Of a stretch of DNA of 64,000 bases, positions 63,720 through 64,000 are shown in pieces. Origin of the DNA: an uncultured Nitrososphaeraceae archaeon (lineage in GTDB: Archaea; Thermoproteota; Nitrososphaeria; Nitrososphaerales; Nitrososphaeraceae); the NCBI GenBank assembly GCA_963837175.1, contig CAWIMJ010000057.1:160001-224000 (forward strand), written 5' to 3'. How positions within the stretch are numbered: position 1 is the stretch's first letter; every line of letters starts with the position of its first letter. The notes below the pieces were generated by a model. That model was not told the DNA's origin, made no database searches, and saw only the letters and a program-made list of their open reading frames with translations. Both the position numbers and the translations under genes were made by a program.

Positions 63720-64000
63720 ATGTCAGAAATAGAAGAAAATCTAACTCGTGTATACACAATTAATTTAGGAAAAGCTTGGATAACTCCACAATACAAGAGA
63801 ACGGATAGAGTTATCAATATGATCAAGGAGTTTGCAAAAAAACACATGAAGAGTGAAGAAATAAAAATTGACCAGGATTTGAACCGGCAAATTTGGAAAA
63901 GGGGCAAAACCAATCCTCCAAGGAAAGTGCGTGTAAAGATGGTAAAAGATGAAGATGGGATGGTTATAGTTTCTTCATACGAAGAAGCAATAAAAACCGA
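63720..64000 (+). CDS. rpl31e: 50S ribosomal protein L31e, 3'-truncated by the window edge
   Basis: RVYTINL, KRTDRV, LNRQIWKRG..NPPRKVRV; follows rpl39e. Confidence 0.95.
   Translation, partial: MSEIEENLTRVYTINLGKAWITPQYKRTDRVINMIKEFAKKHMKSEEIKIDQDLNRQIWKRGKTNPPRKVRVKMVKDEDGMVIVSSYEEAIKT

Noticed and set aside
1-64000. CRISPR arrays, tRNA genes, provirus or defence genes
   Set aside because: No regularly spaced repeats, cloverleaf/T-arm signatures, integrase, capsid or cas motifs found by eye

Overview
AT-rich core-genome segment of an ammonia-oxidizing archaeon. The lineage call (Nitrososphaerales-like Thaumarchaeota) is inferred from gene content and order. The window holds translation/transcription genes (rpl21e, rpl15e, rps13, rps4, rps30e, rpl39e, rpl31e, rpo4, rpo7, spt4, tbp, a tfb paralog, ABCE1, ksgA), a stand-alone 5S rRNA, a tetrapyrrole operon (sirC-hemA-hemB-hemL-hemC-cobA-hemD) followed by sufB-sufD-Rieske, a non-oxidative pentose-phosphate operon with a transketolase-N/Rpe fusion, a four-gene double AAA+/vWA cassette, NAD biosynthesis genes (nadC, nadA, nadX), one complete IS6 element with an 8-bp target duplication, and two IS6 remnants. 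Elements not in the ORF track: (i) two tandem ~48-aa Cys/His-rich microproteins at 54270-54633, (ii) two strong and one moderate box C/D guide sRNAs (4314-4394, 54861-54933, 25218-25295), (iii) five +1 frameshifts (hemA, cobA, sufB, an orphan gene, the IS6 transposase), three of them an extra C in a GCTGC context, and (iv) palindromes in the tbp and nadA promoter regions. No tRNA or CRISPR array was seen. All family assignments come from motif recognition by eye; no database searches were run.
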